A stretch of DNA of 62,317 nt, counting the filler, from Globobulimina sp. (Eukaryota), in the NCBI GenBank assembly GCA_003354225.1. It is 13 parts of 13 records of this genome, joined end to end, with 100 filler letters (N's around TTAATTAATTAA, not from the genome) between each part and the next. Parts side by side here need not be neighbours in the genome. Positions count along the whole stretch, not along the records: positions 1 to 4,710 come from PIVH01000982.1; positions 4,811 to 9,517 come from PIVH01000983.1; positions 9,618 to 14,322 come from PIVH01000984.1; 10 more parts are not named here. One strand, given 5' to 3'. The translations under genes were made by a program, and so were the position numbers. Each line of letters opens with the position of its first letter. Within the stretch, counting starts at the first letter, position 1. The notes below the pieces were generated by a model. That model ran no database searches and was not told the DNA's origin. It worked only from the letters and a program-made list of their open reading frames with translations. Of this stretch, positions 1 through 10,854 are shown one piece after another.

Positions 1-322
1 GCAAGGTTTATGAAATTTGGATTAAAACACTCTCAAATCGATTCATAGATACAGTACATACATAGTTTATAATTAGTAATTTACTATTTAAGGATGTACT
101 GTAGTTTATACAGTACTTTATATACAGTACTTTATACTGTACAATACTGTGTTGTATAATAGTTTGTAAACTAGTGAACTGTATCATACTTAGTGTTTGA
201 CAATGTACTGTAGTTTATACACTACTTTATACTGTATTATTATACTATACTGTATAATACTTTGTATGCTAATGAACTGTAGTGTATAATGATGTACTGC
301 ATGACTACATACATTATTTTAG

Positions 323-1149
323 CTTGTAGAATCGACCTTGAAATGATGGAAGAAGAAAATAAAAATAGAGGTTAGTATTATTGTCCTTCATTCTAAGGTG
401 TACTAAACAATATGCTATACCCATTGTAGTGTGTATACTGTATAAGTGTGGGACGGTAATCATATTAATGTACTGTATAACTGACTGTACTGTATTGTTT
501 TATTACCCTTTATTATAAGAGTTGTACTGAACAATACACTGTACCGTAGTGTAAGTTGTATTGTACTATACTGAACTGTAATGTATGTACTCTAGTGTAA
601 TGCACTGTACTGTATAATGTACTTAGTATAATGTACCATACTGTACTCGCTATAGTATACTTACCACATACTGTACTGTACTATACTTCGTGTACTGTAT
701 TTACTAACAACATTTACTGTATAATGCGTTGCACTATATTGTACTATACTATACTGTACTATAGTGTTGTATGATGTAATTTTTTTCTAGATACAATTGG
801 TAAACCAGTGATTGGAGCACAAGGAGCACATGCAGTTAAACTTGAAGAAGGTGAGTGTACTGTACTGTACTGTACTGTCCTACCGCATTGTATTGTTGTA
901 TACTACAATTTTTCTAGATGTAATAGGAGGTGGAGAACAAGTTGGAGGATATGAAGTTGAAGATGGTAAAGGTGAGCACTTACCATATGATGATTACTTA
1001 CACCACACTTACTGTATAATGTATTATACTGTATAATATGCTGTACCATACATGTTGTACTGTAGTGCATTGTGTTACAATACAATTTTTTTTAGATGTA
1101 ATGAGAGGTGGAGAGCAAGTCGGAGGAGGTGAAGTTGAAGATGGTGAAG
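323..1149 (+). CDS. Series of symmetric phase-1 micro-exons (323-370, 791-850, 918-971, 1096-1149) of an unknown Gly/Glu-rich protein, partial
   Basis: Each is flanked by a T-rich ...TAG acceptor and a G|GT(G/T)AG donor. Lengths are 48/60/54/54 nt and they splice into one open frame. The last two are a 178-bp tandem duplication (DVIGGGEQVGGYEVEDGK / DVMRGGEQVGGGEVEDGE). Confidence 0.6.
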
Positions 1150-1346
1150 GTGAGTACTTACCATATGATGATTAGTTACACCACACTTACTGTATAATGT
1201 TCTGTACTGTAACACACTTACTGTATAACATACTGTGCTGTTCCACACTCACTGTACTGTACCACACTCACTGATGTGCTGCGTTGTATAGTACTTACCA
1301 CATTACTGTTTAATGCACTGTATTATACTGTTTAGTACTTAACGTA

Positions 1347-1379
1347 TACAGTACAGTACAGTACAGTACAGTACAGTAC
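1347..1379. repeat. (TACAG)n microsatellite; degenerate TACTG/CAGTA low-complexity sequence throughout 80-1400
   Basis: About 6 tandem TACAG units, with a complementary (TGTAC)n run at 856-878. Confidence 0.9.
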
Positions 1380-1683
1380 TACACTTACCGTATAATGAAA
1401 TATTAAGTTTTGTGTGATAAGGTTAGTACTACTTTGTGTCAGTTTTAAAATTGTCAATATACCTCTAGAGAATTTTTCATTGGATTGGCTAATTATAAAC
1501 TATGTATGTACTGTATCTATGAATCGATTTGAGAGTGTTTTAATCCAAATTTCATAAACCTTGCATAATCAAATAAAATTGTTACCAGAAGACTGTTTTT
1601 CATGAACAGGATTGAAAATTGAAAGATGTAATGAATATAAACCAATAATTTTAAACACAACTACTGAATGCCGATTTTAACAG

Positions 1684-1900
1684 ATCTTCGTTGTGTCGAA
1701 AACTATTTCGGCCAATTTGTATTAAGGAAGGTGAAAGTAACCGAAAGATGTGCAGACGTGGTTACATTATCAGACGACTTTGCTCAAAGAACGTGATGAA
1801 CAGAACAAGTTGTACCATAAAGAAAGGTCGATATTTTTGTTGCTGTGATAATAGAGACATGTGCAATAAACAGCTTAAAATAACTACTTTACGTTCTTAA
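1684..1900 (+). CDS. Terminal exon of a Cys-rich three-finger (Ly6/uPAR or activin-receptor-ectodomain-like) protein
   Basis: Preceded by acceptor TTTTAACAG. Eight Cys ending in CCCDNRDMCN, matching the CC(C)xxxDxCN terminus of three-finger folds. Confidence 0.5.
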
Positions 1901-2164
1901 AAGAATTCTCATGCCCTTAGGAGTTCGTATGTGTTATTATCATGTTATTAGGTAATAGATGACTATTTATAAAGCAGAGAATATATTTTTTTTGTCTAAA
2001 ATTCGATAATGTTACATGTTTTCCAAAATTCGATTTTAAATCCCACTGATCTTCCCTATTTTTCCCTTCATGAGCGAGACACACGGCCTGGCAATGTCGA
2101 CTTTTTTACAGTCAGTCTGTACCGTAAAATTTCACCCGTACAATCACAATATACCACAATACAC

Positions 2165-2358
2165 AACCACAGCGTACAACAATCAATTCAATGTATACAC
2201 AATCACAATGCACTACAACCAATTCAATGTATACAAAATCACAATGCACTACAACCAATTCTACGCATACACAATCACAATGCACTGCAACCAGTTGTAT
2301 GTATACACAATCACAATGCACTATAGCAAATTAATTGTATGTATACACAATTACAATG
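2165..2358. repeat. 36-bp minisatellite, about 5 copies
   Basis: Unit AATCACAATGCACTACAACCAATTCAATGTATACAC at 2165, 2201, 2237, 2273 and 2309, with no spacers. Confidence 0.9.
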
Positions 2359-4710
2359 AACAACAATGATTTGTGTTACCTGCACTGCACTGCAGCCATT
2401 TACATGCACGCATAGACACAACGCAGCATGGTTAGTTTGACATGTCATGACATGCACTCATACAGTGGTGGACAAAAAAATGTCTCATCGACATGTTTGA
2501 CCTTTTTTAAAAAAAGTTTTAAACTATTATTTCTAAATGAAATTGAAAGACTTTTGGCAAAAGTATAACCCACAACCCGTTCCACTTCCACCCGAAGTTT
2601 GGTGAAAATAGATCCACGTGGTTCTGCGTTCGGTGTGAAAATGTACAAAAATGGGTAGTTTTTAAGATAGGGCTAAAACTATTCATGGGCTTACAGCCCA
2701 TGGACAGTAATATAACAATAAAAATAAACAAATAACATATAAAAGTTTCACACGTGCCTGGCGCCTTCTGAAACAAAAATTTTTCGAAATTTCTCTCTCT
2801 CAGAATATGCTCAAATACTGTGTTTTGGGGTATTTTGTGGCGCTGATTATGGTAGTGTGGTCAAAATTAAATCAATTTTAAACCAACCACTGTCCTTTTC
2901 AAGTTCTTTCACTAAAGTCCATTCATTCTTACTATCGATGAAGTTGATTGACACTTTCTGTTGAGAAACTTTTTTGTTGTGATGCATTTTTATGTTTACA
3001 CAAGCATAATGCACGACTTTTATTTCTATATGCTTCTAAGTCACAATGCAGAAGAATCATTTATTTTTACATTATATATCGGTTGGTAAAGTCTTTGGGC
3101 CTACTCTACTTCATCATACAAGGAAATTGACTGCTTGGCTTTTTTGGTTAACCAGGGTTTGGAGGAGGTATATCGGAATTCACTTCATTGATTAGAGGAA
3201 AACAGTCAGAAGCCACTTGCAGAATAATAAACAATAGAAAAATTATAGTCATTTTGATTTTCTATTTTAAAGAGATATTTATATTGCAGAGCAAGAGTAG
3301 GTAGACGACAAGCGAACATCACAAGAGTAGAGTATGAGAAACGATAGTGGGGTGGAGTTGGTCCGGTTTTTAAAATTTATATTTATTTTTAAACTTCTAT
3401 TTGCTGGGTAAACGCAGATGGCGTCAGACGCAGACGAGAGATATGGTACAAGTCGGACGAAAACAGATTAGATTAGACTTGCTGAAAGATTAAATCCATA
3501 GCTGAATTTTACTCATGTCAGTAACTTTTCCAACACTGCCAAATTTTGTGGGTTGAACCGTTGTTTGATTTGTAGTCAATTTCGTAACAAATTTTCGTCT
3601 AATTTTATCATACCCTGTTTCGCGCAGCAGCTGGAACCTCAGTTTTCGTTCATACAACTCCCATCGCTGTTGTTACACTGAACCCTACCCTGTTTCACAT
3701 TCAATTCCACCATACTTAGAAAATTGGTCCCCACTTTCACTAAAAACTCGAATTTATCTCCAATACAAATATATGCACCCTTATCAACAGATAATTTGAA
3801 TAAGAAGGTTGGTTGAATATTATATGCATGATTTAACCTGACATATTCTGCTTTGCTTAACCTCAAAATCGATAGTAGATAGAATACCTTAGTTAACATT
3901 AATATCCAAATAGATACTATTTTCTCCGCATCCATAGTACAGTATAGTACCATTGTACTATGTAATGATGTACTACACTTACATAGTGTGCTGTATCATA
4001 GTTACTGTTTAAGGATGTACTGTAGTTTATACAGTACTTTATATACAGTATTACAGTACCCTCAATCGAATCATTATTTTAATGTTCTGAATACATAATT
4101 TCCTGTATTGTTATAGTAATCTATGGTTGGAGGTCAGAAGTTTTGAGTGAAAATGATGATATAATACTAAAACTTCATATTATATACCTCATCATCATCA
4201 TAATAATATAATTCTTGTCCGAGTTTTTCAGCTATGGACACAAATACAGACCCAATCAATCGAGAGGCGAGAGATCATCGGCGAGGGGTCAACTTTTTAT
4301 TTTTCTGACGTACAACACAGATAATAAAGAACAGCGAAAAACCAGCCACCAAGCCAATAGCACCCAAAACTAAATAAAAAGCAAATAATATCAAAAATAA
4401 AATAAAACTAAAATAGGTATGTAGTTAGTTAGGGTATTAATAAAATCTTCTCAGAGTTCTCATTAGAGATGACAGGAAATTCAATATTTTTGATTTTAAA
4501 ATCAGTTATTTTCAAAAACTCTGTTGTAAAATCGATTTCTCAAAAAGGTGATATTACTAACTTCTGTTCAAGTATCTAACTATTATGAAGTGTTTAGACT
4601 CACACTCGAGTTGGACACAGTGGATTACTGTTATACACACACACACAAAAAACGAATACGTACCAGTGCTGAGGGAAATATATGAACTCTCAATCTGAAA
4701 TTAGAAAAAA

Positions 4711-4810
4711 NNNNNNNNNNNNNNNNNNNNNNNNNNNNNNNNNNNNNNNNNNNNTTAATTAATTAANNNNNNNNNNNNNNNNNNNNNNNNNNNNNNNNNN
4801 NNNNNNNNNN
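4711..4810. other. Artificial contig spacer (first of 12)
   Basis: 44 N + TTAATTAATTAA (stops in all six frames) + 44 N. Identical spacers start at 9518, 14323, 19127, 23931, 28734, 33536, 38336, 43134, 47931, 52727 and 57523. Flanking contigs are length-sorted. Confidence 0.99.
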
Positions 4811-4899
4811 ATATGTTCCACATCGGATACATAGTTAATATTTTCGGAACAATGTCAACTGCTTTTTATGTAATTTAATCCTTGCGCAATAAACGAGGT

Positions 4900-5598
4900 T
4901 TACAATAATATTTTGTACCCGTTTTGGATTTGTGTGTTACAAACAGGGCATAAACGCAAATAGGACCATGCGTTCGCTTTAAGTTTGTCAAAACATTGGC
5001 TACACATTATTTCATGTCGGCAGGGCAAAAGAAATATATTTCTGTCATTATCTCTGCAAATAATACATTTCTGCTTGTTTTCATTTCGTTTCTTTATTTC
5101 TTTGTTTACTGCACACAACTTAGCCATTAATGTATCCTGTAATTTATGCAATTTATCAGCTGTTAATGAATGTAAATTGTCCGTAATTTGTGATTTCTTC
5201 AATTTGGTGTTCTCGGAGGTTAATTTTTTGTTTTTATTCATTAATGTTTGAATATTTCCTTTTGATTGGTTGTTTTTTGTAATTAAAGTAGTTTGAGTGG
5301 TTTTCATTTCGTTTATGGTGTTTGTTAATTCTTGTTGTTTGGCTGTATTATTATGAATTGTTTGTTTGAGATTAATTATTCGACCATTCAATGTTCGGTT
5401 CGAACGAACAGAATCATCTAAGCGTGATTGCAGTGCAACCACTTGGAATTCTAATGGCGAATGATAATAAGTGCATGCTTTTCGCTTTAATTCACCACAA
5501 TTAACACCATATTCGCAATCAGGATGATTATATCTACATTGCCCAACTTTAACATAATTACATAAGTACCCATGAGGGCAAGGTCTGTTTTCCATCAC
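4900..5598 (-). CDS. CCCH zinc-finger / coiled-coil / C-terminal RING (C3HC4, IAP/MDM2-like) putative E3 ligase
   Basis: Two N-terminal C-C-C-H units; CIICRDNDRNIFLLPCRHEIMCSQC...CPVC. Confidence 0.8.
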   Translation of the reverse strand: MMENRPCPHGYLCNYVKVGQCRYNHPDCEYGVNCGELKRKACTYYHSPLEFQVVALQSRLDDSVRSNRTLNGRIINLKQTIHNNTAKQQELTNTINEMKTTQTTLITKNNQSKGNIQTLMNKNKKLTSENTKLKKSQITDNLHSLTADKLHKLQDTLMAKLCAVNKEIKKRNENKQKCIICRDNDRNIFLLPCRHEIMCSQCFDKLKANAWSYLRLCPVCNTQIQNGYKILL

Positions 5599-5816
5599 TT
5601 ACTTGAAAACAGCTCTTAATTAAGGTTCTCTGTGAAAATTAAGGTTCTCTGTGAAAACAGCTCAAAATAATATATAAAAAGTTGGAACGCAGTCATCCTC
5701 GCACTCGCACACACAAATAATTCTACAATACATTCGCAACACACATATATTCGATGATGAGTTTTATTCTATTATTAACAATAAACAATAGTAATTACTA
5801 AATGCCATTAATAATA

Positions 5817-7574
5817 TTATTGACTTTTTCGCGCATGTTTTTGTATCACATCTATTTGTGGTTTCTTTCCGGTCAAACCATGATAAAATAATTCAAATTT
5901 ATTATCACAAAATGTATTACAAAATTCATTAAAATTCCTCCTCCATTCCTTATCCTTATCACTTTTGCCATTATATTTCCGCAATAACACATCCGCTGCT
6001 TTCTTATCAAACAAAACCGGTAATACATTAATTAAATCTTCACCAAAAAACCTAAAACATTGTCCACCATAAAACAAATAACATCGAATCTCATCTTTTG
6101 ATAAAATATGATAGGAAATGACAAACATTTGCCCACATAAACTCTGTCGCACTCCCAAATCGTCGCAGTTATTACCTACATAACCAGCTCGCGGAAGCAT
6201 TGATTTTACGCTGTTATAATGCAGCGACGAATGCACTAAATCTTGCCGATTCTTTTCAAATTCATAGCACTTATTTGGTTTAAATAAATATAAGCGACCA
6301 CTTGTATTACTTCCCTTCCTTCGATCAAACACAAATACAATTCGTTTGGAGCGTTGATTTTCAGTCAATTCGATGATTTTTTCCACTGATAAATGCCATC
6401 TGGACAGTACATCATAAGTATAATATTTGATACCCTTTGCTGTCAACAATGCATCGATGTCATTTGCCAGTGTCTTATCTGTATTGACATCCGTTCGTTT
6501 CTCATCTTCTTCGTCATACTCATCATCACTGTCAAACAATTGACTGATCCCTTTACAATGTCTACCAAAAGGAACAGTGAATAAAATATCTTTGTTAATG
6601 ATCATAAAATCAATTTGCAGCGGTATTATCGTAGTCAAGTTATAGACGGGAATATCAGCGATGCGCCCCACAATCCGTGTCATTTCAAATAAATATTTGG
6701 TGATTGCCAAGGGACTCTCACGGATTTTATACACCGGTTCGATGCACTTAAAAGCTGGCACCACGCGATTGTGATACGATTGTATCGCTGTTATGATGCG
6801 CTTCATCCTATGCTGCGAGTGTTTGGTTTGTAAATATTGTTTGAAATGTGGATTGTTGCAGTATTTATCAAAGAATTGAGAGATTGCGAGTTGTTTCTTG
6901 CCAGTTAATATCCAGATATTTAACTTGCATCTCACATATGAATCGACAAAATGCATTAACAGCGGATAATTGCCATTCTTATACCCGATGTATTGAGTGT
7001 ATATGATGTCTTGTGCGGTGGTGATTGTTTGGTTTGATTCGTGTGGCAATATCATTGGTGATTGCAGCTGTAATCTTTGTTTTGTTGGTGAGGATTTGGA
7101 GTGTATGTGTTGTGTTTGTTCAGTTGATTGAAGATTTGTGGATAATAATTTAATGACAATGTTGTTTGTTGTGTATTTATAAGTTGTGCCACTTTCAGAC
7201 GGATCAATCGTTGTTATACACGATTTTGGATCAAATGTAGTGGCTTTTAATAATGTGACGGCGTTGCGTAATAATTGCCATATTTCTAATCCTTGTTTTT
7301 CTGTTTTGATTTGATTATTTTCTTTTATACAGTCAATAAATGAGCAGTCTTCGAAGTCGTTGTGTGAGAATTCGTCAGTTAATCCTTCATCGTCCCACTT
7401 TGTTATCAGTATAAACAGTGTATATAAATATATATTAAATATATTTTAAAAAGTCAATCATACCATGCCGTCTTTGTACCACGTAATAAATTCATCTAAG
7501 ATTTGAGGGTACTTTATTGTGATGGATGTTAACGCTGCGACGCATTTCTGATAATTCGTTTTGGAGGCTGTCAT
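5817..7574 (-). CDS. Hypothetical protein, two exons (intron about 7398-7463)
   Basis: The 412-aa ORF extends upstream without a stop. A GT..AG intron joins MTASKTNYQK..WYKDGM to WDDEGLTDEF. No family recognised. Confidence 0.6.
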
Positions 7575-7702
7575 GTTATTTGTCTACACTCGAAAATTTA
7601 ATTAATTATAGAGTTTGTTGACTTTGTTGGCAACGCGTACGGCTCAGTTCAGTGAATCATTGCTTAAAAACGTTTCCAAACCGTTGCAATGATGTAACAG
7701 TT

Positions 7703-8755
7703 TCATTTGATACCAAACTTCTGCCAATGTCGAACCTCTATTTCCTCAAATTTCATATTGTCAGTACCTACACCTTTCCAAACAAACACTCTTTTTATCA
7801 CAACTCGGACACTAAATTTTAATGATGATAAATTCATCAATTCTTGGTCACTAAATCCAGTGGTTTTGTCCCATCGAATCCAATTATTTCTATACCGACT
7901 GATGCCTAATTGCACTGTTTTTTGGTCATTGTTGGATGCGATATTTTTATAATCACTTTTCAATATAATATCAAATTCAATATGAGCAATATTTGTTGGA
8001 TGGTTTAATAGCAATGCACCCAAACCGCCATAATATCCTTTTGGTCGATAATATAAACAAAACCCAAAATTATTGCCATCAATTTCTCTTCCATTCAAAC
8101 CAAAGTTTGGTGAACAAAATGCTTTCTTATATTTGGGATCACAGCGTTTAAACATATTCAATAACTTATCATCAATAATCCATTCATAATTTAATTCTTT
8201 ACACATATGAATTGAGCCAAAATTATATTTTTTCTTTACGTGTTGAGCTGTATTCTCATTCCAGACAATTTCTAAAATATTAATATGAATATCAAATGAT
8301 ATATTTTCTTGTTTGGAATGTATTTCATCATCAAATTCGCGATATGTCCATGTTACGCATTCATCCAATTCTTCTCCATCAAACATCGCTGAACTTTTTC
8401 GTAACGAATGAGATGAATCACATGCAATTTCGTAATAAAATCGTATTTGAAACAATGAATTTTTTATTTCGTTTGGTAGTAATTCCTTAACAATATAAAT
8501 TTTGAATGTTATCATCGTATTAGAAGTCCAACATATTTTAAATTGAAATGTTATACCGTTAATAATAAGATTTGTGCCCTTTAACTGTTTGAGCTTTCCT
8601 GCTTTGATTGTATTTCTTGATATAGTCCATCTAAGAAATGATTTAAAATAATGGTTACATAATTTGATGATATCTGTTGGAATCCATTTGTGGATGGTAC
8701 AATTTGACCGAACATAACCAAATACCAACAATTCTTTTTGTTTCTTTGACAGCAT
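7703..8755 (-). CDS. Protein with N-terminal LVxGYxR/IPxDI box and two MATH/TRAF-like beta domains
   Basis: Likely start MLSKKQKELLVFGYVR..IPTDIIKLCNHYF. Repeated WxI...F-x-SPxF...FCLYYRPKG patterns resemble MATH. Confidence 0.6.
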   Translation of the reverse strand: MLSKKQKELLVFGYVRSNCTIHKWIPTDIIKLCNHYFKSFLRWTISRNTIKAGKLKQLKGTNLIINGITFQFKICWTSNTMITFKIYIVKELLPNEIKNSLFQIRFYYEIACDSSHSLRKSSAMFDGEELDECVTWTYREFDDEIHSKQENISFDIHINILEIVWNENTAQHVKKKYNFGSIHMCKELNYEWIIDDKLLNMFKRCDPKYKKAFCSPNFGLNGREIDGNNFGFCLYYRPKGYYGGLGALLLNHPTNIAHIEFDIILKSDYKNIASNNDQKTVQLGISRYRNNWIRWDKTTGFSDQELMNLSSLKFSVRVVIKRVFVWKGVGTDNMKFEEIEVRHWQKFGIK

Positions 8756-8836
8756 CAACAAAAAAAACGGCGGGTTGATTGAGAGCATATACAAAAATTG
8801 GATCAAGAAGTTTTTCAACCTAGATATATAGTTACA

Positions 8837-9512
8837 ATGTCGCGAAGACGAATTAGACGAAAGAGAAAGCTGGAAAATATAGAAACAGACACTGACACAC
8901 AAGCACCCAATACACGAAAAAAAAGAAAAAAGAATAACGAACAACAACACACAAATACCAATAATTTACCCATTTCCAATCAAAACGCACTGCAAAAATT
9001 AACAATAAAACAATTAAAAGGCAAAATGACCGCATTAAACATTAAAATCAAATCAAAATATCGAAAAAATGATTTAATTGAACAAATTATGGAACATAAT
9101 ACAAATGATAGCAATGATAAAGGCAAATGCAACACAAATAACAACGAAAAGAAAAAAACAAAGCAAAAGAAATCCCCAAAAGGTAAAGTTAGATTCAATT
9201 TTCCCGCATTGATATTTGGTGGAACCGAAGAAGAACAAAATGAAATAAAAAAGAAACCAATCCCAGAGAGGAAAAACCAAGGCGAAAACCAATATAATAT
9301 TTATAGTAATAATAAAAAACAGAAACGATTAGCAAAGGGAAAATCAGTTTGTATATCGGCAGGAAATGAGGGTGTATTATTTGGATGGATTGACAAAACT
9401 AAAGGTGATAAAATATTAATTAAATGGGAGACTGAAGACACTGACTGAAGAATTTAGAACTAAACAGAAATGGTATCATAAAAATGATAAACATATATGG
9501 TTAAGGCGATAA
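8837..9512 (+). CDS. Basic protein with SAP/Rho-N-like helix-extension-helix and C-terminal Tudor/SH3-like domain, apparent frameshift at 9440-9447
   Basis: LQKLTIKQLKGKMTALNIKIKSKYRKNDLIEQI. An ACTG duplication creates the TGA stop, and the shifted frame continues to TAA at 9510-9512. Confidence 0.5.
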
Positions 9513-9617
9513 AATGTNNNNNNNNNNNNNNNNNNNNNNNNNNNNNNNNNNNNNNNNNNNNTTAATTAATTAANNNNNNNNNNNNNNNNNNNNNNNNNNN
9601 NNNNNNNNNNNNNNNNN

Positions 9618-10031
9618 GTTTACACATTTCACAAATCGAAATGTAACCAGTTCGGCAAGAAAGAGCGCATGGTCTGCATCTGCACCTGCCCCGAACCGTG
9701 CGCAGTGCACGAAGTAGTAAGAATGTTACAGAAACGAAAAACGATTAACTGCGCGGACCCCCTCTTCTGGCTACGCAGCGGCAAATGCCCATCGGCCGAT
9801 GATGTCCGACATCTGATCAAGAACCTCTGCCGCATAAGGGGCCTAGACCCGGATGCTTTCAGTTCTCACCAACTACGAAGCGGTGGAACGGTGGATTGGC
9901 TATGCCTCGGAGTCCCAGACAGCATCATTCAAGAGCTGGCCAGATGGGCCAACCTGGACTCAATGGTCCCATACAAGAAACTGTCCAATAAGAACTTGGC
10001 AGATATTTTAAAGCAGAGTCTTGTGAGTTAG
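9618..10031 (+). CDS. Tyrosine recombinase, DIRS/Ngaro/Crypton type (C-terminal half, 5' truncated by contig start)
   Basis: Open from 9618. Motifs KSKCNQFG (SKTDQxG), CPEPCAV, SSHQLRSGG (HxxR), LARW and SMVPY (catalytic Tyr). Confidence 0.9.
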   Translation, partial: VYTFHKSKCNQFGKKERMVCICTCPEPCAVHEVVRMLQKRKTINCADPLFWLRSGKCPSADDVRHLIKNLCRIRGLDPDAFSSHQLRSGGTVDWLCLGVPDSIIQELARWANLDSMVPYKKLSNKNLADILKQSLVS

Positions 10032-10101
10032 TGTTTTTTCTTAAATTAAACCTGTGCTCTCACTCAAACAAAACCTTCTTTTTCTTGTGCCTCTAACAAC
10101 A

Positions 10102-10854
10102 ATGGCACTTCGCGACACCATAAATTGCAGCATTTGCGGGACCGATCATCCCGACCTCTACGTCAACGGAGCGGTATCCGACTTATGCCTAGAATGCAGA
10201 GCGGTTGGTTTCGGGCGGGATTCGCTGATCGCGCGCGACTTCGAAGAAGCGATGTTGCAGGAATCAGCCGTCTGTGATGCGGAGATCAACCGCCGGACGC
10301 TTACCATCGCCAACCAGCCAGCGAAAGACATCAGCGATGCGCACAGAACAATCCGGGCGATCGAGGATTGCATAGCGGATAAAAAAGCAGAGCTCTGGGC
10401 TGCCAGAGAACACCTGGCAAAATTATCAACCCTCGACAGCAGCCAACGGGTCAGGGAAGCCACCGAAAGGATGAGGCTCCAAATAACGCGCATCTTCGAT
10501 GGCAAGGTCGTTGACATTAGACAAACGATGCGAAGGAGAGTCCGGGACTGCGTCCTATCGGCTCGATATGGCCGAAAGAGCCAGTATTTATTTAGCCCGT
10601 GGAAATCGCAACGGCGCAGCAGGAAGAGCAGCGTATCGAAGCCGCGCCCGCGCCAACAACCCCCGTTTAGCCCACAGCGCAGCAACAAGAAGCGTCAGCC
10701 GCGCAAGAACAACAAGGCGCCAGAGAGCCGCCGGTTCTTTATCTCGCCCAAAGTTGAGCCACCTCTTTTTTCCCGCGGACTTCGTCCACACTTGTACCTA
10801 ATTTGTACAAATGAAACAATTATGGAAGAATTTGCAGTCAATTACACCGAATGA
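10102..10854 (+). CDS. Element ORF1: CxxC-CxxC zinc finger, coiled coil, Arg/Lys/Ser-rich tail (gag/chaperone-like, inferred)
   Basis: CSICGTDH...CLEC, heptad-like central region and basic C-terminus. Lies between the recombinase and the RT and overlaps the RT ORF by 44 nt. Confidence 0.6.
   Translation: MALRDTINCSICGTDHPDLYVNGAVSDLCLECRAVGFGRDSLIARDFEEAMLQESAVCDAEINRRTLTIANQPAKDISDAHRTIRAIEDCIADKKAELWAAREHLAKLSTLDSSQRVREATERMRLQITRIFDGKVVDIRQTMRRRVRDCVLSARYGRKSQYLFSPWKSQRRSRKSSVSKPRPRQQPPFSPQRSNKKRQPRKNNKAPESRRFFISPKVEPPLFSRGLRPHLYLICTNETIMEEFAVNYTE

Larger units (their letters stand above)
1..1564. repeat. Perfect 76-bp inverted repeat pair (1-76 and 1489-1564)
   Basis: GCAAGGTTTATGAAA...TTTATAATTAG at 1-76 is the exact reverse complement of 1489-1564. 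Confidence 0.95.

Noticed and set aside
2165-2358. 36-bp repeats as a CRISPR array, or the three ORFs over them as genes
   Set aside because: Head-to-tail units with no unique spacers and no cas genes; the ORFs are by-products of the minisatellite.
2461-2893. Tc1-like element bounded by TACAGTGGTGGAC and ACCACTGT
   Set aside because: Only about 8 bp of inverted match, no right-hand TA and no transposase; too weak to call.
3610-3953. Possible selenocysteine/readthrough TGA in SCMNEN*GSSCC (minus strand)
   Set aside because: No recognisable family or SECIS could be identified, and the ORF itself is unsupported.
4755-4766. Recurring TTAATTAATTAA palindrome every ~4.8 kb
   Set aside because: Always centred in N runs. 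It is a synthetic six-frame-stop linker, so ORFs running into it and cross-contig gene neighbourhoods are artefacts.
4900-9512. Giant-virus origin for contig 2 (RING, SAP-like and orphan ORFs)
   Set aside because: No NCLDV hallmark gene. It has a spliceosomal intron and the same N-terminal box family as other host contigs.
10158-10688. 176-aa antisense ORF within ORF1
   Set aside because: Expected by chance opposite GC-rich coding DNA; no motifs.
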